Notes: generated by a model not told the origin, from the sequence alone. Numbered from the stretch's first letter, positions 12,776 to 28,830 are shown. The stretch: DNA of 58,842 nt from Cyanophora paradoxa CCMP329 (GCA_004431415.1 QPMI01000504.1:1-58842); one strand, 5' to 3'. Program-made: numbers and translations.

Positions 12776-13383
12776 ATGTGCAAGCATGTGTTGAACGCGC
12801 AGGTCAGCATTTCGAGCGCCAAATTTGAACGCTTAAGTTGCAGCAGCGCCATCAACGGCGCTGTGAAGCCCGCGCATGCCCCTGGGCAAGGACGAAATTT
12901 GAACGCTTGAGTTGACCAAGCACTCTCTGCAGGTCAGCATTCGAGCGCCATGCTGCAAAGGTGCGCGTCTCCTTCCAGTGCGCCGTGTACTTCTGATCCT
13001 GGCGCAGCATGGTTCGACTGCCCAGAATGCCATGAAGAGAAGGCTGATCACCCTCTGGCAAAGGTGCGCCGCTCGGAGGTGGCGGCGCCGTTGGACTTAC
13101 GCGGCGAGCAGGCATACGAGATGATTTTCGCCTGCAAGAAGTGCAAAAAATGCTTCAGGAAAGACGTGCGGGAATTCGAAGAGGCGGACGAGTTCTGCCC
13201 GCACTGCGATAATCACTTCATCCTCCCCGTGCGGCTTTGCTTTCAATATTCCATCATGCATCCTTAGTTCGACCTTAACTGCAATTTCGAACCACGCAGG
13301 CAAAATCTCCAGAGCAGAAAGTGGTCGTTGAGCTCGAAGGAGATGAAAAGATGTTCCGGGATGATCGAGTGGCAAGAAAATGA
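12776..13383 (+). CDS. Small CHY-type zinc-finger protein (spliced)
   Basis: MCKHVLNAQVSIRAPCCKAWFDCPECHEEKADHPL..EMIFACKKCKKCFRKD..EADEFCPHCDNHF; reading frame restored by GT-AG introns. Confidence 0.85.
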
Positions 13384-13386
13384 GGC

Positions 13387-14177
13387 GTTTTGTGGGTCAA
13401 TGGGTCCCATGGGTCAACGGTTCAGCGCTAGCTGACTCTGATGAGCAAATTGGCAACCGTTCACGGTTGAAATGTCAGTCAGTGTTTGAGAATCTTGCAG
13501 CTAACTTTTGCTCAGCGCGAATATATATGTAACTTAGTCACACTGTGACATTAATTGGTCATTAATTGCCAAAAAAAGTTGGTTGAGGTCTCAATTGCAA
13601 CTTGGCAAGCTTATTATTAAGCTTAAGCTTCCTATCTCAATCAGGCCTTGAGCTTAATTATAAGCTGAAGCTTCCTCTCCACATCGTAATCGCAATTTCA
13701 ATTCATGCCATAAGGGCCGCCGGGCCTAAATTGTAATCGTTAACGTTATCCCATCATGATCGTAATCGAAGGCGCCTTAAACCTAGTCAATGTGAGAGCA
13801 ATGCATGCAAATGAATTACGACCCAGAATTACGATAGGCCTTGGCTAGAGCTACGATTACGACCGATTGCGATTACGATCGGAATCAGGGTTGCGATTAC
13901 GATCGGAATCAGTAATCGTAATCGTAATCGTAATGGGCGCGGCAGTCGCAATCGTAATCGTACTGATCGCACAGACCTCTCGCAGGGGCATCCTGATCCG
14001 CTACGGCACGGGCGTGGACGCGAAGCGCCTGCTCGGCTCGTAGCTAGCTAGGCTCCCATCCCCTTTTCCCCATCAGGGCACCAGTCCCTGCGGGTTACGC
14101 TCTATCCCTAACAGCACGGGTACAGTTAAAGCGCTGTAGGTAGGAGGTCCGGCGCGCCCGTAGCGTAGAAAGAGCAG
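13387..14177 (-). mobile_element. Dispersed non-coding repeat family A, copy 1
   Basis: 13387-13913 is the near-identical reverse complement of ~29920-30486, and 13995-14177 of 41561-41742. Rich in ATCGTAATC motifs; no ORF. Confidence 0.85.
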
Positions 14178-14498
14178 CACGTGACCACATGTATGAAGAG
14201 GTCGCGACCCCATGGGCCCTCAGTTTCCCGCTATCCGCAATCAGGCGCAGTGGGGCCGAATGAACCGACTAGTACGTATACTGGCCATGGTGTCTGATCA
14301 GGTACCCCGACCTGATTTGTGGTTTGGACTTCGACGGGCTTGGGCTTTGAGTTGACGGTTGAGGGAGAGGGCTAGAGCTGAAACTTCACAAAAGAGTTAC
14401 CAAGTTGTCAACAGGTTGTGGTCCAGCTTATAATTATAGATCCTCGATGATCGCGCGCAGCTGCATGTGCACCGTCGGGCCTGATGGGCTGCCTATCA

Positions 14499-14679
14499 CA
14501 TTTGGACACGTACTGAAAACGCAGGTCCGGGCTACAAGTGTGGGAATGTGCACTGCGGCCGCCGTAGCCGCGGGCCCAGCCCACCAGCGAGCTGGCCGGC
14601 CGGGCCCTGCGTGGCCCCCTAAGGCCCCCGTGGCCCCTGCGTGGCCCCCTGCGGGTGCAATTAAATTCGTGTCCAAATG
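14499..14679. mobile_element. MITE family B, copy with both termini (12-bp perfect TIR CATTTGGACACG)
   Basis: CATTTGGACACG at 14499-14510 and CGTGTCCAAATG at 14668-14679. Internal sequence is homologous to copies at 28644, 29238, 39606-39865 and 40046-40121. Confidence 0.75.
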
Positions 14680-14700
14680 CTTTACTACAGCAATTTGAAA

Positions 14701-14925
14701 TTAGCTCGTAGCTTCCTCCATCTCCTGCAGGCTCAAAATCGCCTGGAACTCGAAATCCTTCCCGGCCTCGAAGATCTTGAGCATCTCATCGCTGGACTGT
14801 TCGATTGTGAATTCCTCGTCACAAATGTAGTCCTTCAGGTCGTTCGAGACGACATCGAGCATGCTCTGTTGCACCGCCTTCTCCAAAACAAACTTTTTGT
14901 ACGCCGTAAGAGCCATATTTGGCAT
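14701..14925 (-). CDS. Hypothetical intronless ~74-aa acidic protein
   Basis: MPNMALTAYKKFVLEKAVQQSMLDVVSNDLKDYICDEEFTIEQ... has protein-like composition and codon usage. No family recognised. Confidence 0.45.
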   Translation of the reverse strand: MPNMALTAYKKFVLEKAVQQSMLDVVSNDLKDYICDEEFTIEQSSDEMLKIFEAGKDFEFQAILSLQEMEEATS

Positions 14926-15700
14926 CGCCGCACGCCTACACAGTGTTGGTGATGTAAAGGGCAGGTTAGGGGGCGGGGATTGGGGGGCGGGGATTGCACC
15001 TGAATCCGGGAGGCGCTGAAGCTTTCCGGCTCGCTTCCGCAAGTAGCGAGTCCATAAGAAACTTGCTCAGCTTTGCCTGCAAAAGAGGCTCAATTATAGC
15101 GCGTGTATGGGATCTGCTGGCTGCCTATAGCGCTAGCTGACATCGCGGTCGCCCCGCTCACGCACCGGCACTACGACGGATACATTCAACTTTCCGTCAA
15201 CCTCCTCATGCTGCAGAAGCCTCCCGCGGTCTTCAGGACCTGCGCTGCGTCGGACCCCAAATCTTCTAGCACCGCCGCTTCTAGCCTGCGTTGTCCGCGG
15301 CTAGTATGCCAGTGTTATCAATGTGCATCCTCTGTTGCCCGCCTCACCGAGCTTCACGGTCGAGATCGGCTTCTTCGCAGCAGCGGGCTTGTTCTGCTTC
15401 TTCTTGGCGGCGCACTCGATCGGCGTGCGGTGCCGCTCGAGCACTTCGAAGCGCGCAGGCACCGCCGGTTTTAAGTTGAGCGGACAGAGAGCGAATGAAA
15501 TCTGCATCGTGGACGCCGAGGATGCTAAACTGCACGTCAACGCTTCGGAGCCGATCAACGAGCCGCCGTACCCCCGAACGGCAGCAGTACCCAGAAGCGT
15601 TCCCGCCAAACGCGCCTGAAACCACAGGCAGCTGAGAGCGCGCGGAGAGCGCGCACCGCCCTCGGATATTCAGAGAGCAGCAGCTCCCTAGCGCCAGTCC

Positions 15701-19625
<3,925 letters not shown>

Positions 19626-20029
19626 TCACTAAAAATCCCGATTAGTTGTGCCCCATCCAAGAAGGGGCAGGAATGCGTTTCATACCGAATTTTTGACCCC
19701 AGTGGGGGTTGATGATTCCGTGAATTCTGTGAATATTCAACTCAGAAATGAAAACCCCTAAATGTCCAACTTAATAACCTTGGCCTCATTCAAAGACTTC
19801 GCCTTCTCAACTGCGCGAGCTCTTGGATTCAACCCCAGCATTCTAATTTGATGCATATGAGGGGGCTACTAAAAGTTAGATTTCGATTAAATATACATTA
19901 ATTATATCTAAATATTTGAGGTTGGTCAGGGTTGGACTTAGGCTAGTTCGAATTCGTTAATGGCCATGGGCTGCAGCTGGGCCCGCGCGCGGTCGACGTC
20001 GACGTCGCAGCAGCCGCAGCAGCAACTGC

Positions 20030-20170
20030 CCCGAGACGACCCCGGCTGCCACAAGACGCAATGCAGCACTAGTACTACGTATACGCTGTGCGGGCACATA
20101 TGCATGTAGCTGTACCTAGCTATAGCCCGGCCAGAGTGTCCGCGGCGCGGGGGGCGCAATACTCTCCTCG
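20030..20170 (-). repeat. Family B-related repeat fragment
   Basis: Aligns with 39607-39722 (CCGAGACGAC..CCACAAGACGC..GTGCGGGCACAT..CCAGAGTGT..TACTCTCC). Confidence 0.6.
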
Positions 20171-20188
20171 GGAATCTTTCACCAAGAA

Positions 20189-22843
20189 TCAAATGCTAAC
20201 TAAACCAAAAGCTCGAGAGGATACATGAGTCAAGTTTGGGGGGTGCATGTACAATGCAGAGCCTTCACGGCGCCTATAAAAAAGTATGTATCCTTGAGAA
20301 GACAGAACCTCCTCCCGTGAAACGGGTGACACTTCGGCATCATTGTAAAGATGCCAATTCCCTGGTTTCCTGTAAGCAAAAAGAAACGTTCTGAGATCAT
20401 AGGGGACTACCTGACTCGTCAAGGACAAAAGAGGTGTAATGTCCACTGCCGGATCTGGAAGCAGTGAATGAGCATTTGCATCAGGAAAACAAAGCAAAGA
20501 CAGACATGTACCCAAGTCCGTGGTGATTTACCACACCGATCAAGTCATAAAGAGTGTGCATGCAGCTAGCTGTACAGAAGGGGCGCAAGTTCAGATGAGA
20601 TAGCGGGAAATCGACGTGGACGTCAATCTTCGAGCGGTTGTACGAGTGCCACCGAAATCTCTTGATGTGCAGGCATAAAATCTACGTGAGAACGAAAGAA
20701 CCAAAGTGAGCTCAATACCTGAAACGAAATCAAATCGGGCACCAGAGGAAGCTTGTCTATGACCAATCTTTTGACAGCGTCCACCTTCGTGTCACACTTG
20801 TCACACTGGTATTTTTCACCCTCCTTCAACCGTTCAGGGTCTGTGAATGCCTTCAAGCAATCTGGAAAATATGTCAGAGAATTCTTTAAAAAAGCCAGTG
20901 GGTAGTGTGCCTGCTAGCATGCAAGGGGGTCTTGGCACAGCCACTGTTGCAGTCTGGCGGCGTGGAGGAATGAACTTCTCTGGGATATCCAGAGACAAAT
21001 CTGCTGTACGAGTTCGCCCATTCTTTGAAGATGGAGAGCAAGGAGCGTACCCAAGAACACTGTGTGCGTGTCAAGCGATGGAAAGTAACCAACATGTACG
21101 AGATGACCGCTCACCATCCTCCTTGGTTGATGTGCAGCCACAGTAGTCACACGTGATCTGACATACAAATTACGCCTATTCAAAAAAAAACGGGAATGGT
21201 GAAAGTGATGCACCGAGCTGAGAAGCCTCCCCTGAAAGGTGTGTAAGATTGCACTCATGTCGCCATCAAACACGTGATGTTGCTGGAAGTTCAACTCTTG
21301 CGAGACATCAACCCTTCCCGTCAACTCGAGATGCATGCGATCCAACTGTGCAGCCAAACAGAATTTGAGCAAGTACAGTATGCAGAAGGCGCTTGATGAC
21401 TTGACGAACCAAATAACGAAGAAACTGTGGGCGAGTGAGTTTGAAATAGAAAAAAGTTGTAAACAAGCTGGTACCTCGTGAGCATCTTGCTGCTGGTGGC
21501 CTCGAAACCTCGGAACTGCCTTCCACACAGCTTCGAGCAAGGCACCTGGCTCGCATGGCATTGAGCCTTCCGTCATGTCTTTGAACAGAGCTTTGAGCTC
21601 CGAACAGAGGGAGCTGCAAAATAGTGAGTCCGCGCAAGACCTCGATTTCACTGCTGTGGCAAAACGCACACATCGTTATGCCATGTACCTTGCACGTCCG
21701 AGAAATGTGAATTCGTGCTAGGAGGGCATGGCCCTGGCAATTCATGCTGCAAGAAGTACTGCCGGAGCTCTCTCATGTGGCTGGAATCGAATCAGACGGT
21801 GAACTACTAACATATTTATGGAGCATATATTACCTGAGGTTCTGGATCACGGCATTGAGCTGCGCAAGTACAAGCGTTTCGAGAGCCTCGGGGAAAAGAA
21901 GCCAATCAATGCTCGCACGAAACATGTGTTGCCAAGATTTTTCTGGGAAGTGCATGAGACGAGGCAGATCAGAAGTAGAAATGTGCAAACCAATCCAGGA
22001 GAAAGAGCCAAGGTGCGCTCGTGATTTGCGTCCTTCTGCTCATTCTGGCAGTCGAGTTTTGCGAACCTGCGTCTGCACTGAGTCTGTGCGTCAATACAAG
22101 CCCTCCAGAAAACAAACTTGATAAGTGGAAACTGTGGCGAGATTCGAGATCGCTTGCCAGCCTTCGCCTGCTGTTTTGTACAAGGCCGAAAGTCGCAAAC
22201 AATCTCTCGCAGCAGCTGTATCTCCTGCAGCAAAAAAAAAAAGAAGGGTTTTCAAGTCGGCATTTTCTTGCGACCAATAGCCCCAGGAAGCTCACATGGG
22301 AGAGAGAGTCGCCAACAACGTATTCCTCGCAGGCCGAGCTGGGTGGAACGAATCGGCAAGGCATTTTAACAATCAAGCGCACTTCGATTACCAGTGCACG
22401 AGTTTAGTCGTGAAGTCTAGTGAGGATGCGTGCCCCGCTTGGTGCTTGTGCGACCACGCGTGACTGTTCAAGTAGCTAAGAGGAGTGAGCGGAAAGGGGC
22501 GCTGCGCGATGGGGCTGAAAAATCGCAGCGCACCGACCACAACCCAAATGACCGCATGCTGCAAAATCGCATTGAGCGCCTGCATCATTGCACTGGGCGC
22601 AACGATCGGCGCACCCAAGCACGCCCTGCGACCAATTAAAAAACCGCGCTACGTTTCGAGCAGCTGGGCGCGTACCATACGCTGTCCTCGGTCCCGCAGT
22701 CTACGAGGAAGCGCAACAGCATCGAAAAGAGAATTTGCGAATGGCGGGCCTCACGTACCGTCACATTTCCAGGGGCCCGACTCGAGCCGCTTCCGTAAGA
22801 GATCGTACGAGACTTCCTTCTCCACGTGCGTGCAGCGGATCAT
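20189..22843 (-). CDS. Ubiquitin-specific protease with N-terminal zf-UBP (USP3/USP44/USP49-like), spliced
   Basis: zf-UBP exons (CTH..WKCDDCGTEDSVW..CGHLGCGR), Cys box KNLGNTCF, FRGHQQQDAHEFLRY..LDRMHLEL, YQCDKC, His box region and GYILFYRRR. Confidence 0.92.
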
Positions 22844-23086
22844 GCGGCGATCCGACGCTTCGCGTGCCGCAGCCAAGGAAGATCTTGGGGCGCGCTTGTG
22901 TGCGCTCGGCGCTCAGCTTGCGCCCCTCTTGACCAGGCAGGCAGCAACCGCGCTGCGCTCTCCGTGAGCTCAGCGCTGCAGCCGGCCACCACGCAGCGTC
23001 CGCAGCGGCGCAGCGCCGCAGCCACCGGGAGGGGTACGCCACAGAGGGAAGCACTCGGAGGCGGAGCGCGCCACACTTCGTTACAG

Positions 23087-23607
23087 ATGGCGGTGGACTT
23101 CATCGCTCTCCGAACGTGGCTGTGCCTGGCAGCGTGTTTGCGGCTGCTCGCGGTGTACCTCGGTTTCTTCAACGTGCAGCGCTTCCGCAGCAATCTGTTC
23201 TCCCTACGCCAGGATCAAGGTGCCACCGTGCCGTGCCGTCGCGCTCCGAACTCACGTCTTCTGCAGTCACTGACCTCTACGGCCGGACTTTTGCCATCTG
23301 GACCCTGGTTACGTGCACCCTGTGCGTGCTGTGTGCAATCTACATCCAAAGCGCTGGCATCTTCATCGCCACGCTCGCATCCTTCGCGCTCGCTCTGGTT
23401 CACTTCTCCACGGAACTGCTGTTCTTCAAGACGATGACGTTCGTGAACGCCCTACCGACTCTCATTGTGGCAGGTGAGCGGACAAGCCGTATCCTGAGAG
23501 GATGCCCAGCTCACGCATCTATTGCAGGCGTCTCTGTGGTGTGGATGTCGACCCACGCCATCATCAACGCCTCCACCTTCACCCCCGTCCACGTGAAACA
23601 CTTTTAG
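23087..23607 (+). CDS. ERG28: Ergosterol biosynthesis scaffold protein Erg28 (2 introns)
   Basis: LRTWL...LRLLAVYLGFFN...VTDLYGRTFAIWTLVTCTLC...SFALALVHFSTELLFFKTM, the Erg28 family signature. Confidence 0.93.
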
Positions 23608-23761
23608 ATTATAATGCGCTAGATCGATATAGAAACATCTCGTCGCTAGGGCTAAGTAGCAGCAGACATCGCATGTTGCGTCAAAATGCTCTTCACACGG
23701 TAGCTACATGCCACGTGCTGGAACCCGGCATGCCCCGGGCCCTTAGGGGGAGCATAGAGCA

Positions 23762-24120
23762 GTCCCCCCCCCCCCCCCTTCCCCCCCTACACCCCACCCC
23801 CCCGTCCGCCACACGCCCCCCCACCCCTCCCCCTTCCCCGTCCGCCCGCCCACACGCTCACACGCCCCCCCCCCCCCTTCTCCTCCCCCTCCCCTGCCCT
23901 CGATCCGCCGGCGCCCCCTGCCCTCGATTCCCCTACCGCCCCTCCCTTGCCCCTCCAAAGCTCACTCCTTCCATCCAGTGCCCCACCCCCCTCCCCCCTT
24001 CCAGCCCTGGGGCTTCTTAGATCACATGGGAAATTAGGTATTAAGAAATAACACTGGTGTGAAAACAACACCCCCCCCCCCCCCCCCCCCCCCGCCCCCT
24101 CCCTCCCTCCTTCCAACCCA
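23762..24120. repeat. C-rich low-complexity tract (G-quadruplex-prone on the minus strand)
   Basis: Poly-C runs of 14-22 nt and many CCC-CCCCC blocks. Confidence 0.8.
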
Positions 24121-24618
24121 GGGCTCCGTTGCATCCCTGCAAAGAGAATGTGCTGTGTCGAAATGTCAATCTCTGCCGCTCTTGTTCATTTGCAATTGAT
24201 TCTCTAGTACTATGCATATTGACGTGACACGCATATACGTACGTGGTATCTGGTGCCGGCTAGCGCTACACACAAACCCCAACCGAGTGGTGCAATTAAC
24301 TTTCTGGGTAGTATATATATATGCGCTCCTAGGTCCCTGACAGCCTGGGAAACGTCGACGTCGCGGCAAAGCTCACAGTTCACGGTCTCGCCCAGGCTCA
24401 GTTGCGTAGTCAAACTTAGTCTAGCGCTAGCGCTAGCTCTGCATGTGCAATTTGACATGACAATTGCTGTATCTGGCTAGCTGTTCTGGCTAGCAAGGGT
24501 CTCAGAGTCTGCAGTCAGCAACCACAAAATTTAAATCGGAGAGAGAGAGAGCAAGTAAAAGACACGCCCACGCCAGCAAGACTGGGTATGACAGAACCGC
24601 AGAGGCCCCTAAAGGAGC

Positions 24619-25400
24619 TTGCAAGGCTCTGTCAACGCCATGGCACAGTTCACGGTCTCGCCCGCCGCCGTGCCGGGCTCAGTTGTGGAAGCAATTCGAT
24701 TTCTCGCGAACTTCGGAAATTTAAATCCCGAAAAAGAACAATTGCATGGGAAGAAATCTCGCGCGCGAGGTGGAGCACCTTCAGCTCGGCGAGAGAGAGG
24801 TCTTTAGAGCTCCTCCAGCTCGGCGATTTGAACAATTTGATGGAAAGATGAGGTTGAGCATAAGCTTTTTTCCGAAGTTCATTAATTTCTTTGATTTCAA
24901 GTTTATAAAGAGGGTACCCGGTTAGGATCACGAGAAATGGCCACGAGGGCATCCGTTCGATTGCAAGCTTGCGATGTCGACGCCAGTTGATCCGCTGGGG
25001 CGCTTGGGTCCCGGAGTCCTACTGGCGTTCAAGCGATCCTGTGGGCCGTGAGCCACCCCATCGCGTGTCTCAGAATCTGTGTGCCCCACTGCAAGTCGAC
25101 CCAGTGCCAGCTGCAGGTGCCGCCACTTCTGATGCGATGCGGCTCCATCTAGATCTTTTTGCCCGTAGGGCGGGGGGAGTCCTTCAGGGCTCGTAATCGT
25201 AGAATTTCGAGTATCATTCCTTTCCCGTAGGGCCCTGGCGGGGACGGGCGAGCGTCAGGCAGGGCCCGCACCTTTGATCTTTGATCTTCTTCGATCTCTG
25301 GTCTTGAACCTAGTAGTAGAGTACTTCCATTTCGATTTGCCTACGCAACTAAACCCGGGCAAGACCGTGAACTGTGCCGTGGCGTTGCCTGGCCTCGCAG
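24619..25400. mobile_element. Degenerate non-autonomous TIR element (~780 bp, ~70-bp imperfect TIRs)
   Basis: 24619-24700 (..CAACGCCATGGCACAGTTCACGGTCTCGCCCG..CTCAGTTG..) is inverted-homologous to 25331-25400. A third partial arm lies at 24374-24410. Confidence 0.6.
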
Positions 25401-25464
25401 TCTCTGGTGGACCCTAGATTTTCAGAAACAGCTAGATAGATTTCACGTGTCCAGTCAAAATGTA

Positions 25465-26761
25465 CTAATCGATTTCAGGGATGTCAAGGTCAGGCCGGAA
25501 CCTGTGGAGCAGTCTTGAATGGTGAAACCGACAGTAAGCAATTTACGCACTGCTTGAGTTCATGACGGAGGTTTCTCAGAAGCTCATTCTTCTGTGCAAT
25601 CATCTTTTTGAGCTGCTGGAACTGTTTGGATTCGTTGATCCGGTGCTGCTGCTCTTTTACAGCTTGATCCAGGGCGTCCTTGCATAGAGATGTAAGCAAG
25701 TTGACAAAGAAGGCGTGGGGGGCACAGATATCACCTTCGTCTCTGCAAGTTCCTTGCGGAGATTCATGAGGTAATCGTTGCTGACACTCGGTCCTGCACC
25801 CTGTTGCGACGACGTCAGGTGAAACCCAGGAAGGGGACGACAGAGGCAACATACCGACGCGCTCTGCATGGATTGCAGCTTGTCAATGGTGGACTGGAGC
25901 TCAACTTGTTTTGATTGAAGAGCCGCGAGGGCCTCTTCCGACTTCTTAAGCTGAGAACGATATCATGGCGAGGAAAAGTGGATATTTTGAGTTTCCCCGC
26001 AAACCTGAGCATCTTTCTGATGGTCGACCACCCGCAGTTGATCGAGTTCATGCTTCAGATGCTCAAGCTCCCCACGAATGTCGGATTTTTCTTTTAAGAC
26101 AGCTGTGGCCTTTTTCCAGGGTAAATCAAGCGAACCGAAGACCACAAAAACCACAGCTAGCGCATTCCGAGGCATATTCACCTGCTGTTGCATTTTCAGC
26201 ATACGTTCCCGCATGTTTTTCATGTCCTCTGCGACATCGGGGGCAATCTCGGTCTTCAAGGTGCTCAGCTTCACGTTCGCGTCCTTCCCGCCCAAACCAC
26301 GGCCAAATTTGCCTTCCTCGAACTGCTTGACCTCCTCGAGCAGATACCTTCAACATGTTAGGTCGTCGTATCCGGGAGACCCAGCCAGCGAGCGCACTTG
26401 TCCTCCAGCTGGGCGGTGTTGATGACCAGAGTCACGTACTGCTTCTCCGCCTGCTCGAACAGCTGCCGAAGCATAATGACAACGGAGCTGGCGGACTGCT
26501 GAAGTTCCGTGGAGAAGGTCGAGCGGATCTGCGACGCGAGGTCGTCTAGCATCTTTGCCACTTCGGCCTTTGTGAAAGTGTCTTCGCTGAGGCGATCCGC
26601 CTTGAAATCCTGAAAAGTCGCCACAACTTCGCGCTCGGAGGCCTCGCGCTGCGCCCGCGCGAAGCGCAGGTAATTCGTCATTTGTGCCTCTGGACTGGCG
26701 GCCTGTTCTGCGAATCAGAATCGAGTCGAAGCGCCGTACGCATGCACAGCATTGGCACCAT
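25465..26761 (-). CDS. LZTFL1: Leucine zipper transcription factor-like 1 (BBS17), spliced; start codon approximate
   Basis: NYLRFARAQR..FQDFKADRLSEDTFTKAEV..ELQQ..VIMLRQLFEQAEK..QLED and C-terminal QFQQLKKMIAQKNE match LZTFL1. Confidence 0.92.
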
Positions 26762-27017
26762 GTTTCGTTCGACTTTGATTTGCCTGCTCAGTTGAGCGCC
26801 CGGCGTCGACTGCGCGACCAAAACAGTTAGCTGTTATCGCGTGTCGCGTCAAAATGCACGTGCACCACCTGAATGAAAGCGAAGCAGGACAAAGCCGCGA
26901 CCCTCAATGCCCGCAATCCGCTAACAAGCCCAGCGGGGCTGAGCGCACCGACTCTGTACCCCTCTGAATTCAGCACTCGGCACCTGATCCCGCAGCACAG
27001 CGCAGGACAGCACGTGG

Positions 27018-27588
27018 ATGCGGAAGCCGTCGTTTGCGAGGGTGGCGGACTTGCGTCCCGCCGCGCGTGGTGTAAATCTCCTCGTAAAGGTCCTCTGGTG
27101 GTCTGGTATCAATATAGCCCCAACGCGTGCTGAGGATCGATCTCAGGTGGTGCGCATATCGGTCGTCGTGGAGTCTTCCCGCGTCCGCATTGCCGAGGCC
27201 CTCATCGGCGATGAGTCGGGCTCCGCAGTCATCTCGCTCAGGTGAAAGCAGCCTGCGTCATGAAATTAAAGTCACCCATGCAACCCTTAATCCCGTTCAA
27301 TTGTCTGACTAGCTGTAGGAATGCTCAAATCGATCTCGTCGAGGGCTTGCTTAAGAATAAAAAGCCCGGTTTGCGGATCCAGAATGGCAAAGTAACGATG
27401 CAGAGAGGATTCATGAGGTGCCCTGTCATTGATATCTACCAACGTGCGTTCGTTCAACTCGATATAGGTTAGAAGTGGACCAGTGGGGTGTTATCGCCGG
27501 AGATGATGAAGTTTGCGCTGCCTCGTGGACTCCGAATGAAGGAAACAACCTTTCGGCTGTCGAGTATGAGCTCGTGAGCGTCAGTTAG
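27018..27588 (+). CDS. Single OB-fold nucleic-acid-binding protein (At4g28440-like), spliced
   Basis: RKPSFARVADLRPAARGVNLLVKV..RIAEALIGDESG..RNAQID..IQNGKVTMQRGFMRLEVDQWG..NNLSAVEYELV. Confidence 0.88.
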
Positions 27589-28223
27589 CATTTGGACGCG
27601 AAGTGAATCGCAACGTCCGGGCCGTCATTTGCAGTACAATTGCAAGCCCCCAACTGACAGGTCTACCCTATAGCTACTAGGGGAGTGATGTACTTCTCCA
27701 CAGATACTGCTACAGGTGCCCGCATGGCGGGTGCGGCGGCGGAGCAGGTGCGGGTTGATCCAATGGTTGCAATTGATGCCCTGAAAACGAATCAAGAGCA
27801 GCCATATGCATGCGCGCTCGGTTGACGTCCAGTCCCCAATCGAAGTCAAATCAAAATCAGACTCACTCAGTGACTGAGTCAGCTAGCGCTGCGCATGCGC
27901 ATGCATATGGCCATGGAGAGCTCAAATCAAAGTCAAACCAGTCAAAAGTTGATTCTGGTTGGCCTCGGCCCAGCGGCGCGACTGCGCATGCGCATGCGCA
28001 TGCGCAGCAGTCTTTGATTTATGTACCCCTTGGTACCCTCGCCGTTTGACAAACTGACCTTGAATCGCGCGCTCTAGCGAGCGGGTTGGTCGTAGAGAGA
28101 GAGAGAGAGAGAGAGATTGGGCGAGCGCTAGCACGCGGGGAGACGTCTGTATACGTTTACGGCGTTCCCTACCTCTCAGGATGACCGTACCCGTCCCGGA
28201 AGTCGTCAACTCCACCAGCCCAA

Positions 28224-28482
28224 ATGTCCGGCGAGGCCCTTAAGGTGTTCTCTGGCGTCGCTGCCCTGGTCGGCGTTGCGACTGCCGCCTTCATGTTGAC
28301 CCCCCGTTCGTGCCCCATGCCTTCGTGCCCGCCTCCAATTCACCCGCGCTTTCTCGGCCACAGGGAACACTCCGTCGACCATCTCCAACCCCGAGCACGT
28401 GAAGGCGCGCGAGGCGGTCTATGCGAAGGCGGACTACAGCCCTCTGAGCAAGTACCGCGAGGGCAAGATTCGCATGGAGTGA
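28224..28482 (+). CDS. 66-aa single-pass membrane protein, putative minimal cytochrome c oxidase subunit IV (COX4/yeast Cox5-like)
   Basis: One GT-AG intron gives MSGEALKVFSGVAALVGVATAAFMLTPRNTPSTISNPEHVKAREAVYAKADYSPLSKYREGKIRME: a TM helix followed by a P-x-T...E...P-x-S pattern like the COX4 C-terminus. Confidence 0.55.
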
Positions 28483-28643
28483 CGCGGCCCTCGTGCCGAT
28501 GTTTTCCTTTCCGTTATTGCATTTCCTGTAAATCATAATCGTTCTGCCATTCCATTCGAGCGTCGCCAAGTGCAAGGTGACGTCAACAGCCGTTCGGTAC
28601 CGGCCGCGTCGAGTGTGCACGGGCCTGTCTTGGACGCAGTGGG

Positions 28644-28830
28644 CATTTGGGCGCTTACTAAAAACGCAAGTCCGGGCTACAAGCGTGGAATGGACCGTGG
28701 GATGGACACTGCGGGGACACGTTGCTGCGGCCCCAGCCCACAGAGCTGGCGCGGGGCCGGCGGGGCCCTGCGTTGTCCTCTTTAGGCGGGTCATGCGCCT
28801 CCCCGCGCACACTGGCTATAGCTACAGGTG
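28644..28830 (+). mobile_element. MITE family B copy
   Basis: GCATTTGGGCGC..AAAACGCAAGTCCGGGCTACAAG..CCCAGCCCAC..GGGCCCTGCGT, homologous to the 14499 copy. Confidence 0.7.

Noticed and set aside
23502-24134. Pro-rich / Gly-rich ORFs
   Set aside because: Artefacts of the poly-C low-complexity tract.
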